64,000 nucleotides of DNA from Bacteroidales bacterium (GTDB lineage Bacteria > Bacteroidota > Bacteroidia > Bacteroidales > VadinHA17): NCBI GenBank assembly GCA_046329875.1, contig JAXLTT010000001.1:205619-269618 (forward strand), in the 5' to 3' direction. The notes beneath the pieces are model-generated. The model saw only the letters and a program-made list of their open reading frames with translations. It made no database searches and was not told the origin of the DNA. The first letter of the stretch is position 1. Each line of letters opens with the position of its first letter. Positions 18,436 to 28,413 of the stretch are shown in pieces. Made by a program: the position numbers and the translations under genes.

Positions 18436-21081
18436 ATGAGTGAGAAAATTTTAAAAGCCCTGATGCAGCTTTTTGCAATCATTGCCCGTCCTCAGGCCAA
18501 CGATAGTGACAGGCGAGGTGTTGTAGAAGCATTCCTGAGGAGACAGTTGAACGAAGAACTTGTAAAGACCTACCTGGGTTTCTTTGATGAGTTTTATAAT
18601 GAGGCACAGGAAAAACAGAAGAGAAGCACACAGAACAGGCGTACGGCTGCCATATCTGTCAGGGTACTGAAAATATGCAACGACATTAACGACCAGCTTA
18701 CAGCCGACCAGAAGGTGATCGTACTTGTTCAGCTCCTTGAATTCTGCAAATCTGAGAGCAGCGAGGTCAGCGAACTGGAACTCGAATTCATCCAGTCAGT
18801 TTCTGAGTCATTCAATGTCGACCCCGCCGAACATAAGCTTATTAAAAGTTTTATACTGAATCCATTTACCCAGATCCCGGATTCTGCAGGTGTTCTGGTA
18901 ATTGACAACTCCGACCTGCCTGAGAATTTCGAATATAAACACCTTTACAACAGGGATGTCAAGGGTCAGATTTGGGTACTATACGTCCACTCGGCAAGCA
19001 TGTATTTCGTAAGGTTTACGCGTACCGGTGAACTTTATATGAACGGACAGCTGCTGCAGGAAGATAAGGTATACCCGTTCAACCCTGGTTCTTCGCTGAG
19101 GGATCCAAAGTCATCGCCGATTTATTACAGCGATGTTATCACCCAGTTTTTCAAGGAAGAGTTGCTTGCATCAAGGGTTGTATACAAGGTTGATAAGCTC
19201 GAATACCGGTTCAAAAGCGGAAAGATCGGTATCAATACAATGAGCTTCGAGGAGGAATCAGGGAGGATGGTAGGAATAATGGGTGCTTCAGGTGCCGGCA
19301 AATCAACCCTTCTCAGTGTTCTCAACGGTCTTAATACACCATATTCAGGAAGTGTTGCAATCAACGGCATAAGTATCCACAGCGGCAGCGAATCTGTGAA
19401 AGGGCTGATTGGCTATGTTTCACAGGATGACCTGCTTATAGAGGAACTTACTGTATTTGAAAACCTGTATTACAATGCAAAACTCTGCTTCGACAACCTC
19501 AGTGAAGAGGCGATAAAGGAAAGGGTTGATAATACACTTAAGAGCCTTGGCCTCTACGAGATACGCGATATGAAGGTAGGAAGCCCGCTTAACAAAAAGA
19601 TTTCTGGCGGACAACGGAAAAGGCTCAATATCTCCCTTGAACTAATAAGGGAACCATCTATAATGTTCCTCGATGAACCAACATCAGGTTTGTCATCTCG
19701 TGACTCAGAAAACATACTTGACCTCCTGAAGGAACTTGCAAAAAAAGGAAAACTCCTTTTCGTAGTAATACACCAGCCATCATCCGACATCTTCAAGATG
19801 TTTGACAGGCTTATTATTCTCGACACCGGTGGCCATCTTATTTATAATGGCAATCCTATCTTCTCAATAGAATACTTCAAGAAACTCATACATCACGCAA
19901 ACTACAACGAGAGCGAATGCAACGCCTGCGGTAATGTGAACCCTGAACAAATCTTCAACATTGTTGAAGCAAGGGTGCTCGATGAATATGGAAAACCTAC
20001 AAGTACAAGGAAGATATCACCCGCGGAATGGAGTGAGCATTATAAAAAAGAACTTGAAGGTACTTTAAAACCGCTTGAAGAAGGGAAAGGTATACCGGAG
20101 ATCAACTTCAAGACTCCAAACAGGTTCAAGCAGTTCCTTGTATTCACAAAGAGGGACGTTCTCTCAAAACTTTCAGACACACAGTATCTGATTATAACAC
20201 TGCTGGAGGCTCCTGTTCTTGCGTTTTTCCTCGCATTCCTTATAAAGTTCTTTGACAGGAGTGCCGGTGGTCATTATACACTGTCGGACAATGAAAACCT
20301 TCCTGTATATATCTTCATGTCAGTTATAGTTGCCATTTTCATGGGGCTTACTGTTAGCGCGGAGGAGATTATAAAGGACAGGAAGATCCTGAAACGTGAG
20401 ACCTTCCTGAACCTTAGCTGGAACAGCTACCTTATGTCGAAAGTTTCAGTTCAGTTTGTAATCTCGGCAATACAGGCATTTACTTTCGTTATTGTTGGAA
20501 ACTCGCTTACTGAGATCCACGGAATGTGGTTCCAGTACTGGCTTGTACTCTTTTCCTGCTGGGCTTCAGCCAACATGCTCGGGCTTGTGATATCAGACAG
20601 TTTCAAAGCTGTTGTTACCATATATATACTTATACCATTCCTTGTTATTCCGCAGATAATCCTCAGCGGTGTAATGGTAAAATATGAAAAACTCAATCCG
20701 AATTTCACCTCGCCCGTTGCGATACCATTCTATGGAGAGTTCATAACGGCAAGGTGGGGCTATGAAGCGCTGGCTGTAGAACAATATGTAAACAATAAAT
20801 ATGAGAAGCAATTCTATCGTTACGACCAGGCAGCCAGCCAGGCCGATTATTACAAGCAATACTGGTGCACTGATCTGACTTCGAAGCTTGATAACCTTAA
20901 CGGCAACCTTGAAAAGCTTGGAAGCGATGAAGCTCTTAACAATGAGCTCGCTGTTGTGAGTTACGAGATCAACAAATATCTCAGGCCAAAACCCGATTCA
21001 CTTTACCAGTATGCTCCCCGAGCCTTGGCTCCGAAAAGATCAACCCTGAGGTGTAATCAATGCTACAAAGGCTTATCTTGA
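18436..21081 (+). CDS. ABC transporter, fused ATPase and ABC-2 permease with a roughly 270-aa N-terminal extension (3' end disrupted)
   Basis: Walker A GASGAGKST, signature SGGQRKRL and Walker B MFLDEPTSGLS, followed by multiple TM helices. The last roughly 20 codons of the track ORF are out of frame relative to the continuation at 21015-21528. Confidence 0.85.
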   Translation: MSEKILKALMQLFAIIARPQANDSDRRGVVEAFLRRQLNEELVKTYLGFFDEFYNEAQEKQKRSTQNRRTAAISVRVLKICNDINDQLTADQKVIVLVQLLEFCKSESSEVSELELEFIQSVSESFNVDPAEHKLIKSFILNPFTQIPDSAGVLVIDNSDLPENFEYKHLYNRDVKGQIWVLYVHSASMYFVRFTRTGELYMNGQLLQEDKVYPFNPGSSLRDPKSSPIYYSDVITQFFKEELLASRVVYKVDKLEYRFKSGKIGINTMSFEEESGRMVGIMGASGAGKSTLLSVLNGLNTPYSGSVAINGISIHSGSESVKGLIGYVSQDDLLIEELTVFENLYYNAKLCFDNLSEEAIKERVDNTLKSLGLYEIRDMKVGSPLNKKISGGQRKRLNISLELIREPSIMFLDEPTSGLSSRDSENILDLLKELAKKGKLLFVVIHQPSSDIFKMFDRLIILDTGGHLIYNGNPIFSIEYFKKLIHHANYNESECNACGNVNPEQIFNIVEARVLDEYGKPTSTRKISPAEWSEHYKKELEGTLKPLEEGKGIPEINFKTPNRFKQFLVFTKRDVLSKLSDTQYLIITLLEAPVLAFFLAFLIKFFDRSAGGHYTLSDNENLPVYIFMSVIVAIFMGLTVSAEEIIKDRKILKRETFLNLSWNSYLMSKVSVQFVISAIQAFTFVIVGNSLTEIHGMWFQYWLVLFSCWASANMLGLVISDSFKAVVTIYILIPFLVIPQIILSGVMVKYEKLNPNFTSPVAIPFYGEFITARWGYEALAVEQYVNNKYEKQFYRYDQAASQADYYKQYWCTDLTSKLDNLNGNLEKLGSDEALNNELAVVSYEINKYLRPKPDSLYQYAPRALAPKRSTLRCNQCYKGLS

Positions 21082-21528
21082 AAAGGTCAGGAATATAATA
21101 TAAGGGTCTATAACTGGGCAACCACAACAAAAGACAACCTTAAAGAGAAGATGAAGGCTGCCGACAACAGGCTTCATGAATCTCTTTATATGACAATACA
21201 ACGATAAACTTGAGGAATTTGTAAAAAAACAGGAATGAGACAAACAAAATAATAAAACTACAAAGGAAGACTTTACCAGAAATCTGACCCTTGATTTTCA
21301 GAATTTCCCGAGCACGTCTATAAAAAGCTCATTTCTATGCAATTCCAAGAAGCTGATATTCGGTGTACCTGTAGATACACTCGTTGTGAATGTGCTTTGT
21401 ATTAAGGGTAGAAATTAATTATCCTCTTTTACCTTGCCCTTTTATTTGTGCTTCTTAAGAAACTTCTTGATTCATCAGAGAGCCTCATGGGCAAAGCTAG
21501 AAAATCAGACTTGATACATCTAACATAA
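21015..21528 (+). pseudogene. Frame-disrupted 3' end of the ABC gene
   Basis: Peptide continuity is recoverable only by switching frames: EKINPEV / VINATKAYLEKVRNI / RVYNWATTTKDNLKEKMKAADNRLHESLY / KNRNETNKIIKLQ and so on, up to the hairpin at 21538-21567. Confidence 0.7.
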
Positions 21529-21537
21529 GGTATAAAG

Positions 21538-21567
21538 AGAGGCTGCCCTAAAAGATGCAGCTCTTTT
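21538..21567 (+). terminator. Putative intrinsic terminator of the ABC gene
   Basis: Stem AGAG(G)CTGC / GCAGCTCT with a 10-nt loop, followed by TTTT. Confidence 0.45.
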
Positions 21568-21609
21568 ATATTGGAACAAAACTGACTTTGTGTGATTATT
21601 TAATTGAGC

Positions 21610-21980
21610 CTATTCAACGATTTCAATCATCTTGAAAGGGACCCTGATTATAGATTCATAATTCCCACCAGCCTGAGCATATCCTCATGTCATCCTCCTT
21701 GTAATACCAGTTGCTTACCTCAACTTCATTCTTGGCTTGCAGGAATTGTCGAAAGCTTGAATACATCAAGAATACTCGGAAGAACTTGTATTGAAGTACC
21801 AAGCCTTTATATTACGAAAATGGGTAAGAGGACTTCTTTATAGCTGTCGAGCCAGTCAACAAGCGCATATAGAATTTACCGAGTTCTCGGGATTGAACGC
21901 CTTGATCTCAAATAACTTCAATGGCGTCAACTTGATGAAGTCGGAGTCTTAGATGTTCCTTCAATAACGATCGGTTCCAT
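21610..21980 (-). pseudogene. SiaC-like DUF1987 protein, multiply frameshifted
   Basis: The minus-strand segments MEPIVIEGTSKTP, RSIPENSV, FYMRLL, YFNTSSS, EVEVSNWYYKEDDM and VPFKMIEIVE* lie in different frames. The span is 371 nt, which is not a multiple of 3. Confidence 0.72.
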
Positions 21981-22019
21981 AATATTTGTTTTTTGTTTGT
22001 TATTTTGTTTTCTTCGTTT

Positions 22020-22541
22020 ACAAGAATATTCAGGTAGAAAATGAATGCTTACTGTTATATTCTAGAAAATAATCAAGCCTGTTGCCTGTCTTTCTTGCTA
22101 TATCAACAAGGCCAAGTCCCCCACCACCTTCTGGGATATCTTCTTGCGACAAGTATGAACTTATAAAGTTCTTTTATCTCCTCGCACTTCCGTTTATCCT
22201 TTTGATCCTCTCCTCAAGCTTTTCGATGTTTTCAGCTTTTACAAAGTTCCCGGTAATTATCCTGTAGCCGCTTCGTTTTCCTCATAACAAGCACACCGTT
22301 CGCCTTGAGGTCTGATCCTCAATCATCAGGCACTTTGTCGAATAAGGGTAAAGATTCAGGCAGGCTTTCAACAACATTATAGACCTTTTTCCCAGCTTCG
22401 ACTTCGTTGCTTGTTCTGCATCACCATCTTATCCTCGACTGTAATGAGAACATGGTTTATGATTGTCAGAATTCATTACCCGTGATAATATAAGGTCTCC
22501 TTCAGTCTCAGTTTGCAAGGCAATTCTACATTAAAGCTCAT
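22020..22541 (-). pseudogene. SiaB-like (DUF6272 / HATPase-like) protein kinase, multiply frameshifted
   Basis: The minus-strand segments MSFNVELPCKLRLKETLYYHG, KKVYNVVESL, ITGNFVKAENIEKLEERIKRI and DIPEGGGGLGLVDIARKTGNRLDYF lie in different frames. The 3' limit is approximate. Confidence 0.65.
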
Positions 22542-22696
22542 TTAAGCCTTATTTAGAAAGAGGTGACAATTTTTTCTGATAATAAATATAATAAAAATCT
22601 AAAGTAACTAAAATTAAGATAGATTTCATTCTATTTTGATTACGAAAGTCGCCATTTTTTTGATCAACATGACAATATTGATCACGACAAATTTGT

Positions 22697-23829
22697 TTAG
22701 ACGTTAATTCCTGTTTTGTTTCTGCTGCCACTGTACAGATCATAACGGTCAAGCCTGCACCAAGTGCCCTGCTAAAGAGAACGTGCTTTGCAGAGGGTTT
22801 AAGGCCAATGAAGTGTTGATTCCCTGTCAGATGATATAATCCATGCAGTAAATCCTCAAAGCAGTCAGGTATCGTCATCATCGAATACAGGTCATTTGTT
22901 TCACCTTTGTGCAAGTCTCTGCCATATGGCGGTTCATAATAAGCACCTTCTCACAGCAGCAATATGTCCTGAAATCAAATGGGCGCTTGTTTCACAAGGT
23001 CCCCACTCCTGTCGCTTTAAGGTTTACTTTCGTATTGTTTATCGCTTCCTGCGAAGATTCCGAACAAAAAATTGGTCTGCAGTTTCCATGACTGATCCTC
23101 GAATCATATTTCTCCACAATGAGTTCCAGAGCCTCGAATCAAAATCAATCCAGCGGAAGGCAAAATAATTCCTGAATTTACCAGGAGGTGTCCCGGTGGT
23201 CATAAGGGTCATTCTCTAATTGCAATTGTCCCGGATCCGCACATAGATCAGATCAGCGGGCATTTCATATCCCATCCCGACATCCTTATCATCCCGGCAG
23301 CCAGGGCTTCATTAAGCGGGGCAGCAGACTTTAATATCCTGTATCCCCTCATGAAGAGAGGGTCACCTGAAGAATCGAGAGATATAGTAACCGTATTGTG
23401 ACTGATATGGAGGTTTACAATAATATCCGGATTGACTGTATTTACTGATGGCCTCTTTCCTCCCTTCTTCCTGAAATAATCAGCAATTGCGTCTTTCACC
23501 TTAAGTGCCGCAAATCCAGTATGATTGAAAAGATCAGATTTCACAACAGGCACAACTGAAAAGGTCTCGTCAACCTTCATATACCTGTCCCATTTTACCC
23601 TCATTGCCCCGTTGTACAGGTCTTCAACCGACTTTATCCTGAAATTTGAAACTTCGACCAGAAATGAGAGGGCGGTTCGCGACATGTAATTCACAGTATA
23701 AAGCAGTGGCAGCTCACCTTCAAAAATGACAGCCCTGTTGGCAACTGTTACAGAGGAGGCTCCTAATTCCTTCAGTTCAGCTGCAACTGTGTTTTCCAGC
23801 CCGAATAATGTCTTTGCAATAATCTTCAT
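22697..23829 (-). pseudogene. THUMP-domain class I SAM-dependent RNA methyltransferase. The N-terminal 193 codons are intact and the C-terminal part is frameshifted.
   Basis: An intact THUMP part occupies 23248-23829. After that, MCGSGTIAI, MTTGTPPGKFRNYFAFRWIDFDSRLW, YYEPPYGRDL...IGLKPSAKHVLF and RLDRYDLYSGSRNK are spread over different frames with internal stops. Confidence 0.78.
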
Positions 23830-23843
23830 CCTTCAACAACTGA

Positions 23844-23871
23844 CCTTTCGCCTTTTGCCGTTCGCCTTTAC
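23844..23871. repeat. Solo heptamer array (CCTTTCG CCTTTTG CCGTTCG CCTTTAC)
   Basis: Four tandem 7-mers lie in the 38-nt gap between the methyltransferase start and the S41 peptidase stop, running into that stop codon. Confidence 0.7.
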
Positions 23872-25461
23872 TTATTGCCAAGCAGCCTGTTGTATTCATT
23901 TTTATCAGCAAGTACCTTCAGCGCCTTTTCTATTACAGGATCTCCTTCATTAATAATTCTGAAGTACTCGTTAACCTGCCACAGGTTAGATGCCATAATA
24001 GCCTTAAGGAGTTTAAGAATCTCGTCCTTTGATGTCTCAAACTGTTTTTCGTTGAACTTCACACCAGCATCTTCACCTGCTTTGATGAACTGTTTGATTT
24101 CATCCTGTGTGAAAGAAAACTTCGCTTTGTATTCATCGAAACTCTTATATGTTGAAAGGAGACGTTTGCTCCTTTATCTGAATATTCAAGTGTGTATGAG
24201 TTAAATACACTTTTCCTTATAAGATTGCCATAATAATCAGTATAGAATGATGTATCTGTTTGGCATGAAAACATCTGGTAATAAGACCACCTCCACCGTA
24301 TACCTTACGCTTATTGGCAAGGGTATTATACTTCAATAATCCGAAATGGATGCTGTCAGTAAACTGGGTCTCCTCGTCGGAGAACCTCTTGTAATAGTTT
24401 TCCATGTATTTTGCATAGCCATCCTTATACGGGCTCTGAATTGACCTTCCTGTTGGTGTGTAATAACGTGCAATCGTAAGTCGTATCTGGGAGCCGTCGG
24501 TAAGTGAATAACCATTCTGGACAAGTCCTTTGCCAAATGTACGTCTTCCCACAAGGACACCCCTATCCCAGTCCTGCATGGCACCTGCAAGTATTTCGCT
24601 TGCTGAAGCTGATCCTTCATCAACGAGAAGCACAAGCCTTGCTTTAGTGAGAATTCCCTTCCCTGTGGAGCGATACTCCTCCCTCGGGATACTGCGGCCT
24701 TTCATATAAACAACGAGCTTCTGCCCATCCAGAAACTGGTTTGCTATAGCCACGGCTGCAAGCATATAACCTCCGGGATTTCCCCTGAGGTCGATAATTA
24801 TATTCTTCAGAGGTGAGCCTTCAAATTTGCGGAGACCGTCAAAGAATTCCTGTTCTGTGGTGGCGGCAAATTTATTCAGCTTTATGTATCCTGTTTCGGG
24901 GGTGAGCATATAGGCTGCATCAAGACTGAAAATGGGAATTTTGTCCCTTGTGATTGTATAGACCTGTACATCCCTGGCACCATCTCTCAGAATACCTACA
25001 TCAACCTTTGTACCTTTAGGTCCCATCAGGCGCTGCCTTACCCCTGCTGTCGAAATCTTGATTCCTGCCACCTTCTCGCTGTTTATTGTAACGATCCTGT
25101 CACCGGCTTTCAGCCCTATCTTTTCTGATGGCCCGTTTTTCAAAGGCTCAATAACTATAACTGTATCGTGAAGTATATTGAACTGTATCCCTATGCCTTC
25201 AAAATTTCCGGCAAGAGGTTCATTCATCTCTTTCACATCTTTGGCTGAAATGTATGATGAATGCGGGTCCAGAGAATGGAGTATATCAACAATGGTTTTC
25301 TCTGTTATTGCATTCATGTCAGTGGAATCGACATAAAAGGCGTCTATGAGGCCAAGCATTTTACCAATCTTGAAAGTGTTTTCACTCAGAACCTGTCCGT
25401 TGAGTGATACAGAAAGCATTACGGATAAAGCCGTAATAACCAGAAGCAATTTTCTTTTCAT
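23868..25461 (-). pseudogene. S41 family C-terminal processing peptidase (PDZ-containing), apparently frameshifted near the 3' end
   Basis: The track splits it into three ORFs (24217-25461, 24059-24274, 23868-24062). Reading VYGGGGLI / PDVFMP / DTSFYTDYYGNLIRK...EYSDK / RSKRLLSTYKSFDEYKAKFSFTQDEIKQFIKAGEDAGVKFNEKQ needs at least three frame changes between about 24150 and 24295. Catalytic-region motif GSASASE is present. Confidence 0.8.
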
Positions 25462-25514
25462 GTTTTAAAAGTCTTTATAAAGAAACACACCGGATACTGT
25501 AATGTTTATTTTTC

Positions 25515-27044
25515 CTACTCCCATTCTATTGTTGACGGGGGTTTGGAACTTATGTCGTATACGACCCTGTTTATACCTTTAACGCGGTTTATTATTTCGT
25601 TTGAAATCTGTCCGAGGAATTCATACGGAAGATGTGACCAGTCGGCTGTCATGCCGTCGGTTGAGCCAACGGCCCTCAGGACAACGGCATTTTCATAAGT
25701 TCTTTCGTCACCCATAACGCCAACTGACCGGACAGGCAGAAGAATCACACCTGCCTGCCATACCTTGTCGTACAGGCCATGTTTTTTAAGACCTTCTATA
25801 AAGATCTCGTCAGCTTCTTTAAGTATCCTTAGTTTCTCCCTTGTAATATCACCTAAAAGTCTTATTGCCAGTCCTGGCCCGGGGAAAGGGTGCCTCTTAA
25901 TAATGAAGTCGGGCATATTTAGGGCCTCTCCCACTTTCCTGACTTCATCCTTGAACAGAAGCCTCAGTGGTTCCACAACTTTGAGGTGCATTTTTTCAGG
26001 CAGTCCGCCTACATTATGGTGAGATTTTATTGTTGCTGAAGGGCCTTTTACAGACACAGATTCTATAACATCGGGATAAATTGTTCCCTGTGCAAGCCAT
26101 TTCACATCTGATACTTTATGAGCTTCCTCATCGAATACTTCTATGAAGACCCTGCCAATTATCTTTCTTTTTTTCTCAGGATCACTTACTCCTTCCAGCT
26201 GATCAAGGAACCTGTCGCTTGCATCCACGCCGATAACGTTGAAACCGAGTCCCCTGTATGAATCGAGTACTCTTGTAAACTCATCTTTCCTTAGTAAGCC
26301 GTTGTCGACAAAAATGCAGGTAAGGTTATTCCCAATAGCTTTGGTAAGGAGGGCTGCTGCGACTGATGAATCAACGCCTCCTGAAAGTCCCAGTATTACC
26401 TTGTCGTTTCCAAGTTTTTCCCGAAGTTCATGGACTGTGGATTCAACAAAAGAACCAGGTGTCCAGTCGCCTTTGCAGCCACAGACACCAAGAACGAAAT
26501 TGGAAAGGATCTGTTTTCCTTCAGTTGTATGATATACTTCAGGGTGGAACTGGATACCCCATGTTTGTTCCCCATCAATATGATAGGCACCGATCCTGAC
26601 ATCGGCAGTGGAGCCTATTATTTTATACCCCGACGGGATCCTGGCAATAGTATCGCCATGTGACATCCAGACCTGTGTTCCCTTCATAACATTCTTAAAC
26701 AGGGGGTCACTATTGTCTACAAAGACCATGTTTGCCCTGCCATATTCCCTTGTAGCCGAAGGAAGGACTTCTCCACCGAAATTATGTGCCAGGTGCTGGG
26801 CACCGTAACATACTCCCAGCAGTGGAAGAGCGCCTTTTATGTTATCAAGATCTGGAAAAGGGGCATTCTTATCGCGGACTGATGCAGGGCTTCCTGAAAG
26901 GATAACACCTTTAACATCCTCACCCGGGCGGGGAAAATGATTAAAGGGGTGTATCTCGCAATAAACATTCAGTTCCCTTACCCTTCTTGCTATAAGCTGG
27001 GTATACTGGGAACCAAAATCAAGGATCAGAATTTTTTCCTGCAC
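25515..27044 (-). CDS. guaA: Glutamine-hydrolysing GMP synthase
   Basis: 509 aa with a GATase domain (GVCYGAQ), the ATP-PPase motif SGGVDSSV, and the C-terminus PPSTIEWE. Confidence 0.95.
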   Translation of the reverse strand: MQEKILILDFGSQYTQLIARRVRELNVYCEIHPFNHFPRPGEDVKGVILSGSPASVRDKNAPFPDLDNIKGALPLLGVCYGAQHLAHNFGGEVLPSATREYGRANMVFVDNSDPLFKNVMKGTQVWMSHGDTIARIPSGYKIIGSTADVRIGAYHIDGEQTWGIQFHPEVYHTTEGKQILSNFVLGVCGCKGDWTPGSFVESTVHELREKLGNDKVILGLSGGVDSSVAAALLTKAIGNNLTCIFVDNGLLRKDEFTRVLDSYRGLGFNVIGVDASDRFLDQLEGVSDPEKKRKIIGRVFIEVFDEEAHKVSDVKWLAQGTIYPDVIESVSVKGPSATIKSHHNVGGLPEKMHLKVVEPLRLLFKDEVRKVGEALNMPDFIIKRHPFPGPGLAIRLLGDITREKLRILKEADEIFIEGLKKHGLYDKVWQAGVILLPVRSVGVMGDERTYENAVVLRAVGSTDGMTADWSHLPYEFLGQISNEIINRVKGINRVVYDISSKPPSTIEWE

Positions 27045-27088
27045 GGCCTGGAGTTTATAATTATAAGATGAGCAAAGATAACCAGATT

Positions 27089-28015
27089 TCAGAAAGGTTC
27101 TATACTGCCGGCATCATATGATCTCCCATCCTCAGCGGCCCATGTTTCAGGGAAGATGGCCCTTGCTTCTTCAAGCAGTTCGTCAGTGTCGTTATACCTG
27201 GCTGAGAAATGGCCAATAATAAGCCTCCTCACACCTGCTTCTTTTGCAACAGTTGCAGCATCGGCTGTTGTTGAATGGCCTGTCATTGCCGCAAGTTCCG
27301 ATTTGTCCTTTCCGAAGGTGGCTTCATGGTAAAGAAGGCTTGCCCCTTTAATGAAAGATGGCAGCCGTTTGAAGTACCGTGTATCCGAGCAGTAAGCAAA
27401 AGAAAGGGGTTCAGGTGGATCAGTAGTAATCTCGCTGTTTGTTATAACACTCCCGTCTTCAAGAACAAAATCAGCCCCTTTCTTTATTGACGGTATCCTT
27501 GAAACAGGAATAGAGTATTTTGTTATGGCTTCCCTTTTAATATTCCTGTCATAAGGTTTTTCAGTGAAAAGAAAGCCAAAGGAAGGAACCCGGTGGACCA
27601 ACGGAAAGGCTGTAACAGTTAAATACTTTGTATCAAGAATTTTAACAGGGTCGTTACCTTTCAGGGGGATAAAATCAATCTCAAAGCTCAGCCGTATATC
27701 GAAATCGGCAAGGTGCGCCGTAAGCATCGCCCCGTAGTTTTCCGGAGCGTATATATGCAGTGGTGCAACGCGCCCCATGAGGCTGAAGGTTGAGAGGAGG
27801 CCATAGAGTCCAAATACATGGTCGCCATGAAGGTGACTTATGAAAATGTGATTGATCCTGGAAAACCGGATGTGGTATTTCCTTAGTTGCAGTTGGGTGC
27901 CTTCTCCGCAGTCTATCAAAAAAAACCGCTCATGCACATTAAGTACATGAGCGGAAGGGTTTCTTTCTGAAGTTGGCAATGCAGAACTGCTACCAAGGAT
28001 AGTCAGATTCATCAT
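27089..28015 (-). CDS. rnz: Ribonuclease Z (MBL fold)
   Basis: 308 aa with the HLHGDH motif and RNase Z length and layout. Confidence 0.88.
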   Translation of the reverse strand: MMNLTILGSSSALPTSERNPSAHVLNVHERFFLIDCGEGTQLQLRKYHIRFSRINHIFISHLHGDHVFGLYGLLSTFSLMGRVAPLHIYAPENYGAMLTAHLADFDIRLSFEIDFIPLKGNDPVKILDTKYLTVTAFPLVHRVPSFGFLFTEKPYDRNIKREAITKYSIPVSRIPSIKKGADFVLEDGSVITNSEITTDPPEPLSFAYCSDTRYFKRLPSFIKGASLLYHEATFGKDKSELAAMTGHSTTADAATVAKEAGVRRLIIGHFSARYNDTDELLEEARAIFPETWAAEDGRSYDAGSIEPF

Positions 28016-28037
28016 CTGAGATCTGCAGAGCTGACTT

Positions 28038-28376
28038 CTATGATATCATCTTCTCAGCTTCAGAAACGGTACCTGTAATTGTAAGTACCGTATCGAGCTG
28101 TGAGATAGTAATCAGTCGCTCAACGGCTTCATTCAGTCCGCAAAGGACAAATGTACCACCGGCGTTTTTGCAAAGCCTGTTCGCTACAAGAATAGCGCTC
28201 AGACCTGAAGAGTCGCAATATTGGCACTTGGCAAGATCGAGAATTATATTTTTCTCTCCTTTGCCTGATACCAGTACCAGTTCAGATTTAAGTGCGGGAG
28301 CTATGTGAGTATCAAGCTTTTCCGACTGAATCTGGATCAGAGTACTGTTGTTCCGGCTCTCAATATTGAAATCCAT
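28038..28376 (-). CDS. STAS-domain anti-sigma-factor antagonist
   Basis: 112 aa, SpoIIAA-like, with YCDSSGLSAIL. Confidence 0.82.
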   Translation of the reverse strand: MDFNIESRNNSTLIQIQSEKLDTHIAPALKSELVLVSGKGEKNIILDLAKCQYCDSSGLSAILVANRLCKNAGGTFVLCGLNEAVERLITISQLDTVLTITGTVSEAEKMIS

Positions 28377-28413
28377 AAGGTTTGATTTTAAACCTTAAAT
28401 TTAGCAAATTTTT

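Noticed and set aside
22549-22914. A 121-aa ORF as an independent gene
   Set aside because: Its N-terminal two-thirds is the C-terminal region of the THUMP methyltransferase (EPPYGR-adjacent segment, IGLKPSAKHVLF). The remainder is read-through after a frameshift.
23868-24274. Two small ORFs (64 and 71 aa) as separate genes
   Set aside because: They are out-of-frame continuations of the S41 peptidase C-terminal region.
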